From positions 1 to 36,825 of the IMG/VR virus record IMGVR_UViG_3300017598_000616: a stretch of DNA of 36,825 nt; one strand, 5' to 3'. This DNA comes from a virus. The position numbers were made by a program, and so were the translations under genes. Shown piece after piece: positions 23,507 through 32,446 of the stretch (position 1 is its first letter; every line of letters begins with the position of its first letter). The notes under the pieces were generated by a model, which worked only from the letters and a program-made list of their open reading frames with translations, had not been told where the DNA came from and made no database searches.

Positions 23507-25399
23507 ATGAGTAAGACAGAATTTAATCAGGAGCTATCAAGTGCTAAGGCCAATGCAGATTATCTACTAAAGACTGAAGATGATCTGATCACTGGGATAT
23601 TAAGTCTAGGGCAAGGCTCGAATCTTAATACATATATCTCAGATCTACAAGGCCACTTATACACTATAGCAGATATCATAGGAGTAGCTGGAGAAGCTGA
23701 TCCTAATGCTAAAATATATACAAGTGTAAATTATGTAGCTAATGGGGATGATAGAAAGGTAGCAATATCTAAGCTAGATGCTCAAGCTAAAATAAATGCT
23801 GATAATATAGCAGGGAATTTAGTACTAATTGGAGATAATGCAGCAGCTATACAGGCTATATTAGATTCAATTGGAGTAGCTAATGGAATATGTCCCCTAG
23901 ATGCTAATGCTAAAATACCTTCTACCTATCTCCCAGATGTATTATTGGAATATAAAGGGATCTGGGATGCTGATACTAATACTCCTACTTTAGCCGATGG
24001 CACAGGAGAGCTAAATGATTGGTATCGAGTAGATGTAGCTGGCACAGTAGATTTAGGATCTGGATCTATCTCTTATGCAGTAGGGGATAAGGTGGTACAT
24101 AATGGAACTATCTGGCAAAAATGGGATACTACTGAATCTGTAATCTCAGTAAATTCTATGACTGGAGCAGTAGTACTGGATAAGACTCATATTGGCCTGG
24201 CCAATGTTACTGATGATGCTCAATTAAAAAGATCTGCAGGAGATTGGCCAGTAGATTTTCCAGAGAAGGAATCTCCATCAGAGAATGATGTAGTATTGAT
24301 AGAAGATTCAGATGATTCACAAAATAAACGTACAGTAAAGCTAATAAACTTACTAGGATCAGGAGGCGGCGGCGGCGGCGGCTCTTTTGCATGGGAGTTG
24401 AATAAAGATATCTCCCCTCTAGAAAGCATAGTAAATGGAATATCTACTCTAGATTTTGATTATGAATCTGGGATGGCCATAAGTGCTTTATTAGTAGTCC
24501 CTTCTGGATATAGAGAAGGGAAGCATATAGCTATAGAAAATACTTCTTTTTTCTCTGAAGGTACTGCAGATAATGTACTCTTTAAGACAGTAACTACTCT
24601 ATTTAAAGCAGGAGAGGATGTAACTTCAGATGTAAATAGTAATTCCTCAGCATTGACTGAGACTACTTTATCTACTGCCAATGAATTACTACCAATGGGA
24701 ATATTTGAGCTTACAGATTCGGCTGGGAAGATTAATGGGAATATTGTAGAGAGTGGAGATATCCTAAAGATAGAATTATATAGAGATATAGATAATGAGA
24801 CTTCTTCTTCTTTGGAAGATGCTAGGATGCTAAAATATAGCTCTACTTTAAATTTTGACTATGAGACAGATATCGCTCCCCCTATAGGAGTACTTATTTG
24901 GAATACATCTCTATCCAGTACTAGCCCCCCTACTATAACGGCTATATCGGATTCAGTTTCTAAAGCTGGAGGGACAAATTATTCACCCGATAACAACTCA
25001 AGGACAAGCCAAGAAGTAGCATCAGGGAATTTATTCGTACAAGTCACAGTCCCTATCGGCTTTGCTAGTGGTGGAGCTAGAGGTAGAATAGGGCTTCAGA
25101 ATCCTGCTCCTCCTGTACCTGCCATCGGTACTGGGGCTCATACTGTCATGGATTATCAACTATATATTAGAGGTACAGTCCTTAGAGTGCATGAAGGTAC
25201 TGGATCGATAGCTCAAAACACTACGGTGGCTGATGGAGATGTAGTAAGGATAGAGATATCTGGATCAGATGTAATATACTCAAAAAATGGGACTCCATTC
25301 AGGACAGTAAGTGGGGCTACTTTAAATTACCCATATGGAGCTGGATGCGTTATGGATACTCAAGATACTTTAAATACTATAGAATTTGATACAATATAA
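23507..25399 (+). CDS. Tail fibre or receptor-binding protein candidate with a Gly7 hinge and a lectin-like C-terminal domain
   Basis: 630 aa with the linker GSGGGGGGGS. The C-terminal …YQLYIRGTVLRVHEGTGS…GDVVRIEISGSDVIYSKNG… resembles a ConA/LamG-type beta-sandwich by eye. Confidence 0.6.
   Translation: MSKTEFNQELSSAKANADYLLKTEDDLITGILSLGQGSNLNTYISDLQGHLYTIADIIGVAGEADPNAKIYTSVNYVANGDDRKVAISKLDAQAKINADNIAGNLVLIGDNAAAIQAILDSIGVANGICPLDANAKIPSTYLPDVLLEYKGIWDADTNTPTLADGTGELNDWYRVDVAGTVDLGSGSISYAVGDKVVHNGTIWQKWDTTESVISVNSMTGAVVLDKTHIGLANVTDDAQLKRSAGDWPVDFPEKESPSENDVVLIEDSDDSQNKRTVKLINLLGSGGGGGGGSFAWELNKDISPLESIVNGISTLDFDYESGMAISALLVVPSGYREGKHIAIENTSFFSEGTADNVLFKTVTTLFKAGEDVTSDVNSNSSALTETTLSTANELLPMGIFELTDSAGKINGNIVESGDILKIELYRDIDNETSSSLEDARMLKYSSTLNFDYETDIAPPIGVLIWNTSLSSTSPPTITAISDSVSKAGGTNYSPDNNSRTSQEVASGNLFVQVTVPIGFASGGARGRIGLQNPAPPVPAIGTGAHTVMDYQLYIRGTVLRVHEGTGSIAQNTTVADGDVVRIEISGSDVIYSKNGTPFRTVSGATLNYPYGAGCVMDTQDTLNTIEFDTI
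24194..24202. repeat. GGCCWGGCC copy (GGCCTGGCC)
   Basis: Exact match. GGC-CTG-GCC (Gly-Leu-Ala) in the fibre gene. Confidence 0.95.
24365..24382 (+). repeat. (GGC)6 in-frame trinucleotide repeat
   Basis: ggcggcggcggcggcggc, read directly. Encodes the poly-Gly hinge. Confidence 0.95.
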
Positions 25400-25408
25400 G
25401 GAATAATT

Positions 25409-27574
25409 ATGAGGAATTTTATCACATTTTTAATAGCTCTGGGGATCTTCCTAAGCTATAAGGCTCAGGCCCAAATTAAGCCAGCCCAGGCCCAGTACTT
25501 ACAGGAGAAAGGATTCCTAGTAAATCCCTCTTTTGAGCAGGGATACAAAGGCTGGACTATTGCAGGATGCTCTAAAAGTCTAGTAAGTGAGATTCCTTTC
25601 TTAAATAAATCTTTGAAATTAACTTGCGTAGGAGAATCATTCTCTATAAAGCAAGAAGATACTTCTCATATTGAGCTTAAGGGCCAGCAGGGGATCTATG
25701 ATCTGCAAGTAAAAGCAGATTTTCAAGGTACTAGAGTAAGCTTCCTAGGGGGAGGGACTAGATATTCTGAGATAAATGTAAATCCTAGAGATGGATTCAC
25801 TAGAGTTATAGATACTCCTTTTACAGTAAATGGCAATTCCAATGGGATAGAAATCTTCTCAGATTCTATTGTCACTGGGGAGATCATAATAGATAATGTA
25901 AAATTAGGCTTATCTTCTGAAGGATATCTGAAAGAAGATCTAGACGATACTCCAGTAGGGACTGTCCTAGCTTATAGCTCTGAGGTTATTCCAGAATCAT
26001 ACTTACTAGCTAATGGGGATTGTAAATCTAGAGCAGAATATTCTGCTCTCTTTGATGTATTAGGAGTAACTATAGGTACTTGCGACTCAGGGGCAGGAGC
26101 AAATACTGGATTTTTAATCCCAGATCTTAGAGATAAGTTCCTAAAAGGATTGACTGGAGGGAGAGTAGCTTTTGATACTCAGGCAGATTCTACTGCTAAA
26201 AATGGCCTATCAGTTTCTAATAATACAGTAACTTCTGGGAGTCAAAATGCAAATCATAATCATGCAGATGGGCTAGGATTTGCAGGATCATCAGGCCAGA
26301 CTAGATATGGGCTAATAAATCTAAGCGGTGATTCAGTTATGAATGACTATGGGGCAAATGCCTATGCTGCTACTTATTCTACATATGCCAGTACTTCTCT
26401 AAATTTACAGAATCATCAACACTCAGTTACATCTAATGTAACTCTAGGAGCAGGGGATTCTAAGACTCAGCCAGAGAATACTGCAGTAGTATATATCATA
26501 AAAGCCAAGGGGAGATCTCCTAGGACTATAGTATCTCAGAGAAGCTTAGCTCCAGAGATGGCTGGATTCATAACGTGGGCGGCCTTTGATGGAGATGTAA
26601 AAGGATTTTTAAAAGCAGATGGATCTTGTATCTCTAAGAGTGCATATCCAGACTATGAAGAGAATGTATCTAATCTCTATGGAGATTGTAACTATAATGG
26701 GCAGGGAGCTAACACAGGATTACTCCTTCCAGATCTAGTCACTGGCAATAGATTTGCTAGAATGGCAGGGGGAGGATTGGCAGTAGGTACTGCTTTAAAT
26801 GATACTACTGCTAAAAATGGATTGACTGCATCGGCATCTTCAGTTGGGAATCATACTCATACTTCATATATAAATTACTCTAATGGCGGCGGTGGTGTCC
26901 AATATAATGGGGGAGGAGTATCTGCCTATTCTGCAATTCAAACTGGAGGGGCAGGAGCGCATGGGCATACAATTACAATAGGAGCAGGAGATTCTGAGAC
27001 TGCTCCAAATAGCCTAGCTTTAGTAGCCTATGTGAGAATGGAAAATAGCTCAGAGATAAATGGAGAAATTAAAAACGCTCCAAAATTAGGAGATTGCAAG
27101 TGGAGCTTACTATCCACTACTGATTTTAATTCACTTCATACAGGGGATTGGGTACGACTTCAAGGCCAGTCACTAACTGGGACTGATATAGATTCTCAAT
27201 TCGGTGTATCTTCTCTCCCAAATGCAGTAGGATCTGGGGCATTTTTAAGAATGAATGGAGGAGCTTCAGGATCACTGAGATCTGTACAGAGCCAAGATAC
27301 TAAATTAAATGGTATCACAGCCTCATCTCCTGCCCATGGGCATCCTTATAGGACTTTAAATACTACAGGATCTCCAGACTCTTATGGAGGGGGAATGATC
27401 ATGGATGGGAATGGGGCCCATACTAATCAGGCAGCATATACAGGCACTCCAGCCAATGAAAGATCAAAAGTAATAGGTGGTACAGCAGCTACAATAAATC
27501 TAAATAATGATGGCCAAGAGACTAGACCTAGCAACGTATCTTTAAACTTTTACTGCCTAGTAGATAATAACTAA
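25409..27574 (+). CDS. Protein with a Sec-type signal peptide, a carbohydrate-binding-like jelly-roll domain and three phage tail-collar domain repeats
   Basis: N-terminus MRNFITFLIALGIFLSYKAQAQ. NPSFEQGYKGWT…IIIDNVKLG is CBM-like. Three modules carry tail-collar signatures: GFLIPDLRDKFLKG, GLLLPDLVTGNRFARMAGG, SSLPNAVGSGAFLRMNGG. Each ends G(A)GDS(K/E)T(Q/A)P(E/N)… or GQETRPSN. HxH motifs present: NHNH, HQH, HTH, HGH (twice). Confidence 0.8.
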   Translation: MRNFITFLIALGIFLSYKAQAQIKPAQAQYLQEKGFLVNPSFEQGYKGWTIAGCSKSLVSEIPFLNKSLKLTCVGESFSIKQEDTSHIELKGQQGIYDLQVKADFQGTRVSFLGGGTRYSEINVNPRDGFTRVIDTPFTVNGNSNGIEIFSDSIVTGEIIIDNVKLGLSSEGYLKEDLDDTPVGTVLAYSSEVIPESYLLANGDCKSRAEYSALFDVLGVTIGTCDSGAGANTGFLIPDLRDKFLKGLTGGRVAFDTQADSTAKNGLSVSNNTVTSGSQNANHNHADGLGFAGSSGQTRYGLINLSGDSVMNDYGANAYAATYSTYASTSLNLQNHQHSVTSNVTLGAGDSKTQPENTAVVYIIKAKGRSPRTIVSQRSLAPEMAGFITWAAFDGDVKGFLKADGSCISKSAYPDYEENVSNLYGDCNYNGQGANTGLLLPDLVTGNRFARMAGGGLAVGTALNDTTAKNGLTASASSVGNHTHTSYINYSNGGGGVQYNGGGVSAYSAIQTGGAGAHGHTITIGAGDSETAPNSLALVAYVRMENSSEINGEIKNAPKLGDCKWSLLSTTDFNSLHTGDWVRLQGQSLTGTDIDSQFGVSSLPNAVGSGAFLRMNGGASGSLRSVQSQDTKLNGITASSPAHGHPYRTLNTTGSPDSYGGGMIMDGNGAHTNQAAYTGTPANERSKVIGGTAATINLNNDGQETRPSNVSLNFYCLVDNN

Positions 27575-27586
27575 GAAGGATCTAAT

Positions 27587-28000
27587 ATGAAAAAAATACT
27601 ACTTATTACAACTATGCTAATCTCTTTTAATTGCTTATCAGAGATGACAGCCAAGATAATCCCAGATGATTCTGAGAAATCTTCAGAGATTCATGAGGCT
27701 AAGACTCAGAAGAAATTAGAGAAGAAATTATCTAAAATAGTAAAGAATGATTCTAAATTAATAGGGAAGTGGAGAGATAAAAGAGCCAGATCTATCTTCA
27801 GTAGAGAGAAAGATGGGAAAGTAGAGTACTTTAAGCCCACTAATTTTAAGGTAGAATTTGAAGATGTGACTGTAGCTAGGAAAGAAGCTAGAGATAAAGC
27901 GAAAAAAGTAAAAGATAAAAGAGATTATCTTATCAATAAATTGAAAAATAAAGATCTTAATTTAAAGCAAGTAAATGACTACTTAAGAACATTGGAATAA
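27587..28000 (+). CDS. Secreted or lipoprotein-like lysine-rich protein, 137 aa
   Basis: MKKILLITTMLISFNCLSE signal sequence with Cys16. Immediately downstream of the tail-collar gene. Confidence 0.65.
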   Translation: MKKILLITTMLISFNCLSEMTAKIIPDDSEKSSEIHEAKTQKKLEKKLSKIVKNDSKLIGKWRDKRARSIFSREKDGKVEYFKPTNFKVEFEDVTVARKEARDKAKKVKDKRDYLINKLKNKDLNLKQVNDYLRTLE

Positions 28001-28003
28001 ATC

Positions 28004-28264
28004 ATGGATGATACACTAGTACTAGCGATAATGGGGAGCTTTATAAGCCTCCTACTTATCATAAATGCATACTTTACTAGAGAGACTTTACTAAGAGTAG
28101 TATCTCTGGAAGTGGCCATTAAAGAATCTACTACTAAGCAATTCTATAATGAAAGGCAAATAGATGAAAATACTGCAGAATTAAAGAAGCTCAGAGATAG
28201 AATCCATACTGTAGAAGGTTATCAGCCAGCCATTATCAAGGCCTTAGAGGATCTGGCCTCATAA
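28004..28264 (+). CDS. Single-pass membrane protein with a helical C-terminal domain (holin or i-spanin candidate)
   Basis: MDDTLVLAIMGSFISLLLIINAYFTRE, then a charged helical region of about 55 aa. Confidence 0.6.
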   Translation: MDDTLVLAIMGSFISLLLIINAYFTRETLLRVVSLEVAIKESTTKQFYNERQIDENTAELKKLRDRIHTVEGYQPAIIKALEDLAS

Positions 28265-28330
28265 ACTTTACTAATAAGATAATTTAATTTAGCATTTAGC
28301 ATATTAATAAAAAATATCCTAGGAGGATTT

Positions 28331-28606
28331 ATGACTGAGGAAGATCAAACTGAAGAAACTATGGAAGAAGTAGCTGAGAAGAAGGCTTATGATATCCAAT
28401 TACTATTAGATAACTTAAAAGAAGAAGGCCTAGAAATTGCTGAGGAATCTGCTAAAATTCTAATTAATGGATTCATGGGATGGCTTGAAGAATCTGCAGA
28501 ATTATCTGATACACCTTATGATGATATGGCTTCAATGCTTTATCCTCAACTTAAGAAGATGGCTCTAGAGAAAGCAGAAGATATTAATAAAGCAGATAAT
28601 GAGTAG
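28331..28606 (+). CDS. Acidic hypothetical protein, 91 aa
   Basis: AGGAGG Shine-Dalgarno. E/D-rich sequence with no motif recognised. Confidence 0.65.
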   Translation: MTEEDQTEETMEEVAEKKAYDIQLLLDNLKEEGLEIAEESAKILINGFMGWLEESAELSDTPYDDMASMLYPQLKKMALEKAEDINKADNE

Positions 28607-28799
28607 TATCCTTAATCTACTTGTAAAATACCTAGGACTCCCCTTGCTTGAAAAGCTGGGGAGATTCCTAGTAGCTAAAATAGCAAGATACTTAAAAGAT
28701 AAGAAGCTAAAAAAAGATCAAAAGAAGAAGGAGAAGGCAATTGAAGAAGCTAAAAATCCTGAAGATACTCGTACTGCTCATAGGAATAATAAGCTTTAG
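28599..28799 (+). CDS. Small basic protein with an amphipathic N-terminus, 66 aa
   Basis: The ATG overlaps the previous stop by 8 nt. Sequence MSSILNLLVKYLGLPLLEKLGRFLVAKIARYLKDKKLKK…. Confidence 0.5.
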   Translation: MSSILNLLVKYLGLPLLEKLGRFLVAKIARYLKDKKLKKDQKKKEKAIEEAKNPEDTRTAHRNNKL

Positions 28800-29115
28800 C
28801 AGTTGTGGGACTTCCCTACCTAAGAAGCCTACTCTAGAAAGTGGGATTATGATCCTAGAATCCAATGAGGTATTCTTTGTAAATAATCAAACTTCAGAAG
28901 AAAGAAGCATCCCTATTTATACTGAGGGATCATGTACTATAAATGAAGAATTAAGTAAATCATCTATCCACTCTAATCAGGATTGGAATAGAGTATTATT
29001 ATATGTGAGACTGCTAGAAAGTAGGATCAAAAGTAAAAAAGTGAAGAGAGAATTAAGAAAGATTAGAGATTCATTTTTTTTACTAAATAAAAGGGCTAAA
29101 TTATATGGCTTATAA
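28741..29115 (+). CDS. Putative lipoprotein, 124 aa, TTG start, overlapping the 3' end of the previous ORF (o-spanin-like arrangement or exclusion lipoprotein)
   Basis: TTG at 28741 with AAGGAG about 8 nt upstream. KKLKILKILVLLIGIISFSSC is a lipobox-like signal. Confidence 0.55.
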   Translation: MKKLKILKILVLLIGIISFSSCGTSLPKKPTLESGIMILESNEVFFVNNQTSEERSIPIYTEGSCTINEELSKSSIHSNQDWNRVLLYVRLLESRIKSKKVKRELRKIRDSFFLLNKRAKLYGL

Positions 29116-31546
29116 GGTAACTGAAGTCTTTAGAAATCTAGCAGATCAGATAGATAAAGAGCCAGTAATAATATTAAAGATCAAAGATTCCAAGTACTTA
29201 TACGGCTCAGCCCCTATAAAAGAGACTGCGAGATGGGATGATCCTAGAATTACATGGGATAATCCAGATAATATTAGATGGGATGGAGAGATAGTAAGAT
29301 CAGATTCTAAGCCTTATATAATGCTTAATAAATCTAAGACTACAAAAAATATTACTCAGCAGCTATTAGTAGATAAAGGGGGCTCAGGATCAGTAGCTAC
29401 TATGGCCATTGAGCTAGTAGATTATAGAGGGGAAGTAGCAAAAGATCTTTCTTTTGATCAGATAGGAGATCCCCTAGGAGCTGAAGCTGAAGTATTTTTA
29501 GGATTTGAAGGATGCAGATATCCTCAGGATTTTATAAGTATCATAAAAGGTTACGTCGATGATCTTACTTATAGTGCTGGATCTATTACAGTATCAGTAG
29601 CTTTGGCCACAAATTTGATAAGAAATGCTTCTTTTGAGAAGTATCAATCTGCTTTATCTACTACAATAAATTCAACTACTACTACTATTCCAGTAAATAA
29701 TGTAGAGCCTTATATAGAATCTCAGGATGCTCTCACTTCTTATATAAGAATAGATGATGAGATAATGGAAGTAGTAGCTAAAAATGCTACAAGCTTTACA
29801 GTAATTAGATCAAGATTAAATACCTTGCCTTCAGATCATGATTTTGATGCTGAAGTAGTGAGCCTTTATAGGCTTAGAGGGAATCCCCTAGATCTAACTT
29901 TAAAGCTATTACACTCAAAATTAGGCAATGATTTTGCTTCCACTGATTATAAAATAGTGGCCTTAGAAAGAGTAGCTTCTACTCAATTAATAGATAATGC
30001 TATAGTAGTAGATGAGCTAAATATAGAAGAAAGACTGGGCCTAGTAGTTGATGATTTAATCAGCCTCCAAGGTACTGCATCAAATGATGGGACTTATACT
30101 ATCAAATCTTTTGGTACTCTAGATACTGGAAGATCTTATATCATCACAAATGAAGAAATAGATGGAGAAGAGACTGGGCTAGAGATAGATCTAATAGTAA
30201 AATCCAAGTATAATGTACTTCCAGATGGATCATCTCTCAGTATTGATTATGTAGATACTAAGCAATTTGAAGAGACTCAGACTCTATTCTCAGCTTCATT
30301 CATTGACTATGATTTTATCCTCAAAGATACCCTAGAAAATACTAGAGATTTCATAATAAAAGAGATTTGTAAGCCCCAGGCCTTATATCTCATAAGTAGG
30401 AAAGCTAAAACCAGCATAAAATATACAGCTCCTCCATTCAGTTTAGATCCTACTCCTACGCTGGATACTAAGAATCTAGTAAAATTGACTAAGGTACTGA
30501 TAAAAAGATCCACTCATAAATACTTATTAAATAGTATTATATTTAGATATAATCAGGGGATATTAGAAGATAAATTCTTTGATAAATACATAAAATTAAA
30601 TTCAGACTCCTTCTCTAGAATCCCAGTAGGGAGAAAGAGAATGGCCATAGATTCTACAGGATTTGGCAGGACTTCAGAAGTACTTCAGACTGTAGATAGA
30701 GTAGCTACTAGAATCCTAAATAGATACAAATATGGGGCTAGATATGTAAAGAATATTACTACTCTCTTCTCTACAGGAGTTACTTTAGAGATTGGAGATA
30801 TAGTATTCTTTGGAGGCTCAGATACTCAGCTTGTAAATCTTCAGACTGGGGAGAGAGATCTTCCTCCAGCTCAATATGAGATTATCAATAAAAAGCTAGG
30901 TATTGGCACAGTCCAATTAGAATTATTAGAGACTGGATTTGGGATAGATGGGATATTTGCTACATTTTCTCCAGCATCCATACTGGCTGAAGGATCTACA
31001 GTAGATAGATTAATCCTAGGCAATATGTGGGGATCAGATCAGTACGATAAAGAAAGAGATAAATGGAATAGATGGCCAGGCCTGAAGCTTAGAGTAAGAT
31101 CAGATGATTATACCTTTGATGAAGTAGTTACTTTTAAAGGACTAGATCCAGTGACTAATAATGGATTGCTACTAGATCCCCCATTATCTACTGCTCCAGC
31201 AGCAGGATATTATGTAGAATTAGCTAAATATACTGATTACACTACAGAAGAATTAGAAGAAATTGCCAAGCTTACTCATACTTTTACTATGCCTTCTTCA
31301 CTACTTACAGGAGTTACTGATGCTAAGACTTTCACAGTAGATCCTTCAGAAGTAGCTAAATTTACTGAAGGGATGGAGATAAATGTACATAGGGAAGATT
31401 ATACAGCAGACTCTAGTTTGGGGATTATTGACGATATCACTTCAAATACAATAACATTAGTAGAGAATTTAAATATAAGCCCAGCTATAGGGGATAGGCT
31501 AGAAGTCTATGCATATGCTGAAGCTAAAGGATATAGGATTTTATAA
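29105..31546 (+). CDS. Large tail tip or baseplate protein, 813 aa
   Basis: The longest structural ORF, located in the distal tail module. Function is inferred from size and position. Confidence 0.7.
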   Translation: MAYKVTEVFRNLADQIDKEPVIILKIKDSKYLYGSAPIKETARWDDPRITWDNPDNIRWDGEIVRSDSKPYIMLNKSKTTKNITQQLLVDKGGSGSVATMAIELVDYRGEVAKDLSFDQIGDPLGAEAEVFLGFEGCRYPQDFISIIKGYVDDLTYSAGSITVSVALATNLIRNASFEKYQSALSTTINSTTTTIPVNNVEPYIESQDALTSYIRIDDEIMEVVAKNATSFTVIRSRLNTLPSDHDFDAEVVSLYRLRGNPLDLTLKLLHSKLGNDFASTDYKIVALERVASTQLIDNAIVVDELNIEERLGLVVDDLISLQGTASNDGTYTIKSFGTLDTGRSYIITNEEIDGEETGLEIDLIVKSKYNVLPDGSSLSIDYVDTKQFEETQTLFSASFIDYDFILKDTLENTRDFIIKEICKPQALYLISRKAKTSIKYTAPPFSLDPTPTLDTKNLVKLTKVLIKRSTHKYLLNSIIFRYNQGILEDKFFDKYIKLNSDSFSRIPVGRKRMAIDSTGFGRTSEVLQTVDRVATRILNRYKYGARYVKNITTLFSTGVTLEIGDIVFFGGSDTQLVNLQTGERDLPPAQYEIINKKLGIGTVQLELLETGFGIDGIFATFSPASILAEGSTVDRLILGNMWGSDQYDKERDKWNRWPGLKLRVRSDDYTFDEVVTFKGLDPVTNNGLLLDPPLSTAPAAGYYVELAKYTDYTTEELEEIAKLTHTFTMPSSLLTGVTDAKTFTVDPSEVAKFTEGMEINVHREDYTADSSLGIIDDITSNTITLVENLNISPAIGDRLEVYAYAEAKGYRIL
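31074..31082. repeat. GGCCWGGCC copy (GGCCAGGCC)
   Basis: Exact match. Coded T-GG-CCA-GGC-C (Trp-Pro-Gly). Confidence 0.95.
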
Positions 31547-32121
31547 TGGCCAGTACAGATATAGTAGTACCTTCCAGAAGATTGATTTATATAGGAGATG
31601 TGGAGTCTAATAGGCCCAACTCTGAGTCTGTAAATCAGAAGATAGCTGGAGGCTTGAATTTTGTATTAGAGAGATTATTCTTTGATGAGGATTTTACTTA
31701 TCAGGGATTCTTTAATCCTAATGTATTTGATGATGGGATGGCAGGGATTAGATATATCGAGAGAGATTGTGATATAGCTATGTATTCTCTAGGCCTTAGG
31801 AGAGCTGGATCTGGGGGGACTTCTTCTTTCAATGTAGCCGTATATAATGATCAGGGAGTATTTGTAAATAATATATTTGGATCAGGATCTAATGCATTAA
31901 GTATCTCTGGAGCTAATGGGACTAATATTGTAATAGGCAAGAAAGATGTAGATACTCCTTCTCCTTCAAATATTTTAATAAATACTGCAGGACATACTGT
32001 ATATACTGGCAACGTAAATTTGACTACTATCCCAGCAGGATCTATCCTAGTCCCATATATAGTATCTAATGCTACAAATGCTCATAACTTGCATTGTAAA
32101 ATAAGACTTAAGGAGAAGTAG
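31546..32121 (+). CDS. Hypothetical tail-module protein, 191 aa
   Basis: TAATG coupling to the 813-aa gene. No motif recognised. Confidence 0.65.
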   Translation: MASTDIVVPSRRLIYIGDVESNRPNSESVNQKIAGGLNFVLERLFFDEDFTYQGFFNPNVFDDGMAGIRYIERDCDIAMYSLGLRRAGSGGTSSFNVAVYNDQGVFVNNIFGSGSNALSISGANGTNIVIGKKDVDTPSPSNILINTAGHTVYTGNVNLTTIPAGSILVPYIVSNATNAHNLHCKIRLKEK

Positions 32122-32122
32122 A

Positions 32123-32446
32123 ATGTTTTTTCCAGTGACTAATTATTTTGAAGTACAGTTAAATAATGCTTCTACTGTTTATACAGCCACGCAAGATTGT
32201 TTTGTGTGGGCGGCTCCAGTAGTAGATGATTTTGATGGAGGATCTTTTGTACAAATATCTTATGCAGCTAGGCCTCCATATACCCCAGCAAATGTAGTAA
32301 CACTATCTGGATCTAATCAATCTCCACCAGATGGATATAATGGTAGGATACAATTTCTCCAATCTGGAGATAGAGTCATATTAGCCACTAGTGGGCCTAC
32401 AGCTTGTAAGATTAGAGTAATGACTTTAATGCCTAGGCCAGCATGA
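32123..32446 (+). CDS. Hypothetical tail-module protein, 107 aa
   Basis: ORF in operon context. No motif recognised. Confidence 0.6.
   Translation: MFFPVTNYFEVQLNNASTVYTATQDCFVWAAPVVDDFDGGSFVQISYAARPPYTPANVVTLSGSNQSPPDGYNGRIQFLQSGDRVILATSGPTACKIRVMTLMPRPA

Noticed and set aside
24207-24681. Three minus-strand track ORFs, including one with a PPPPPPP run
   Set aside because: They lie antisense inside the fibre gene. The poly-Pro and poly-Arg runs are simply the complement of the (GGC)6 Gly hinge.
25949-27574. Internal DNA and protein repeats in the tail-collar gene, considered as a diversity-generating retroelement (template/variable repeat pair)
   Set aside because: The repeats are diverged domain duplications. 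Only short identical runs survive, such as ctactgctaaaaatgg at about 26201 and 26805. The genome has no reverse transcriptase gene and no adenine-specific mismatch pattern.
30307-30513. Track ORF, 68 aa, on the minus strand
   Set aside because: It lies antisense inside the 813-aa tail protein gene.
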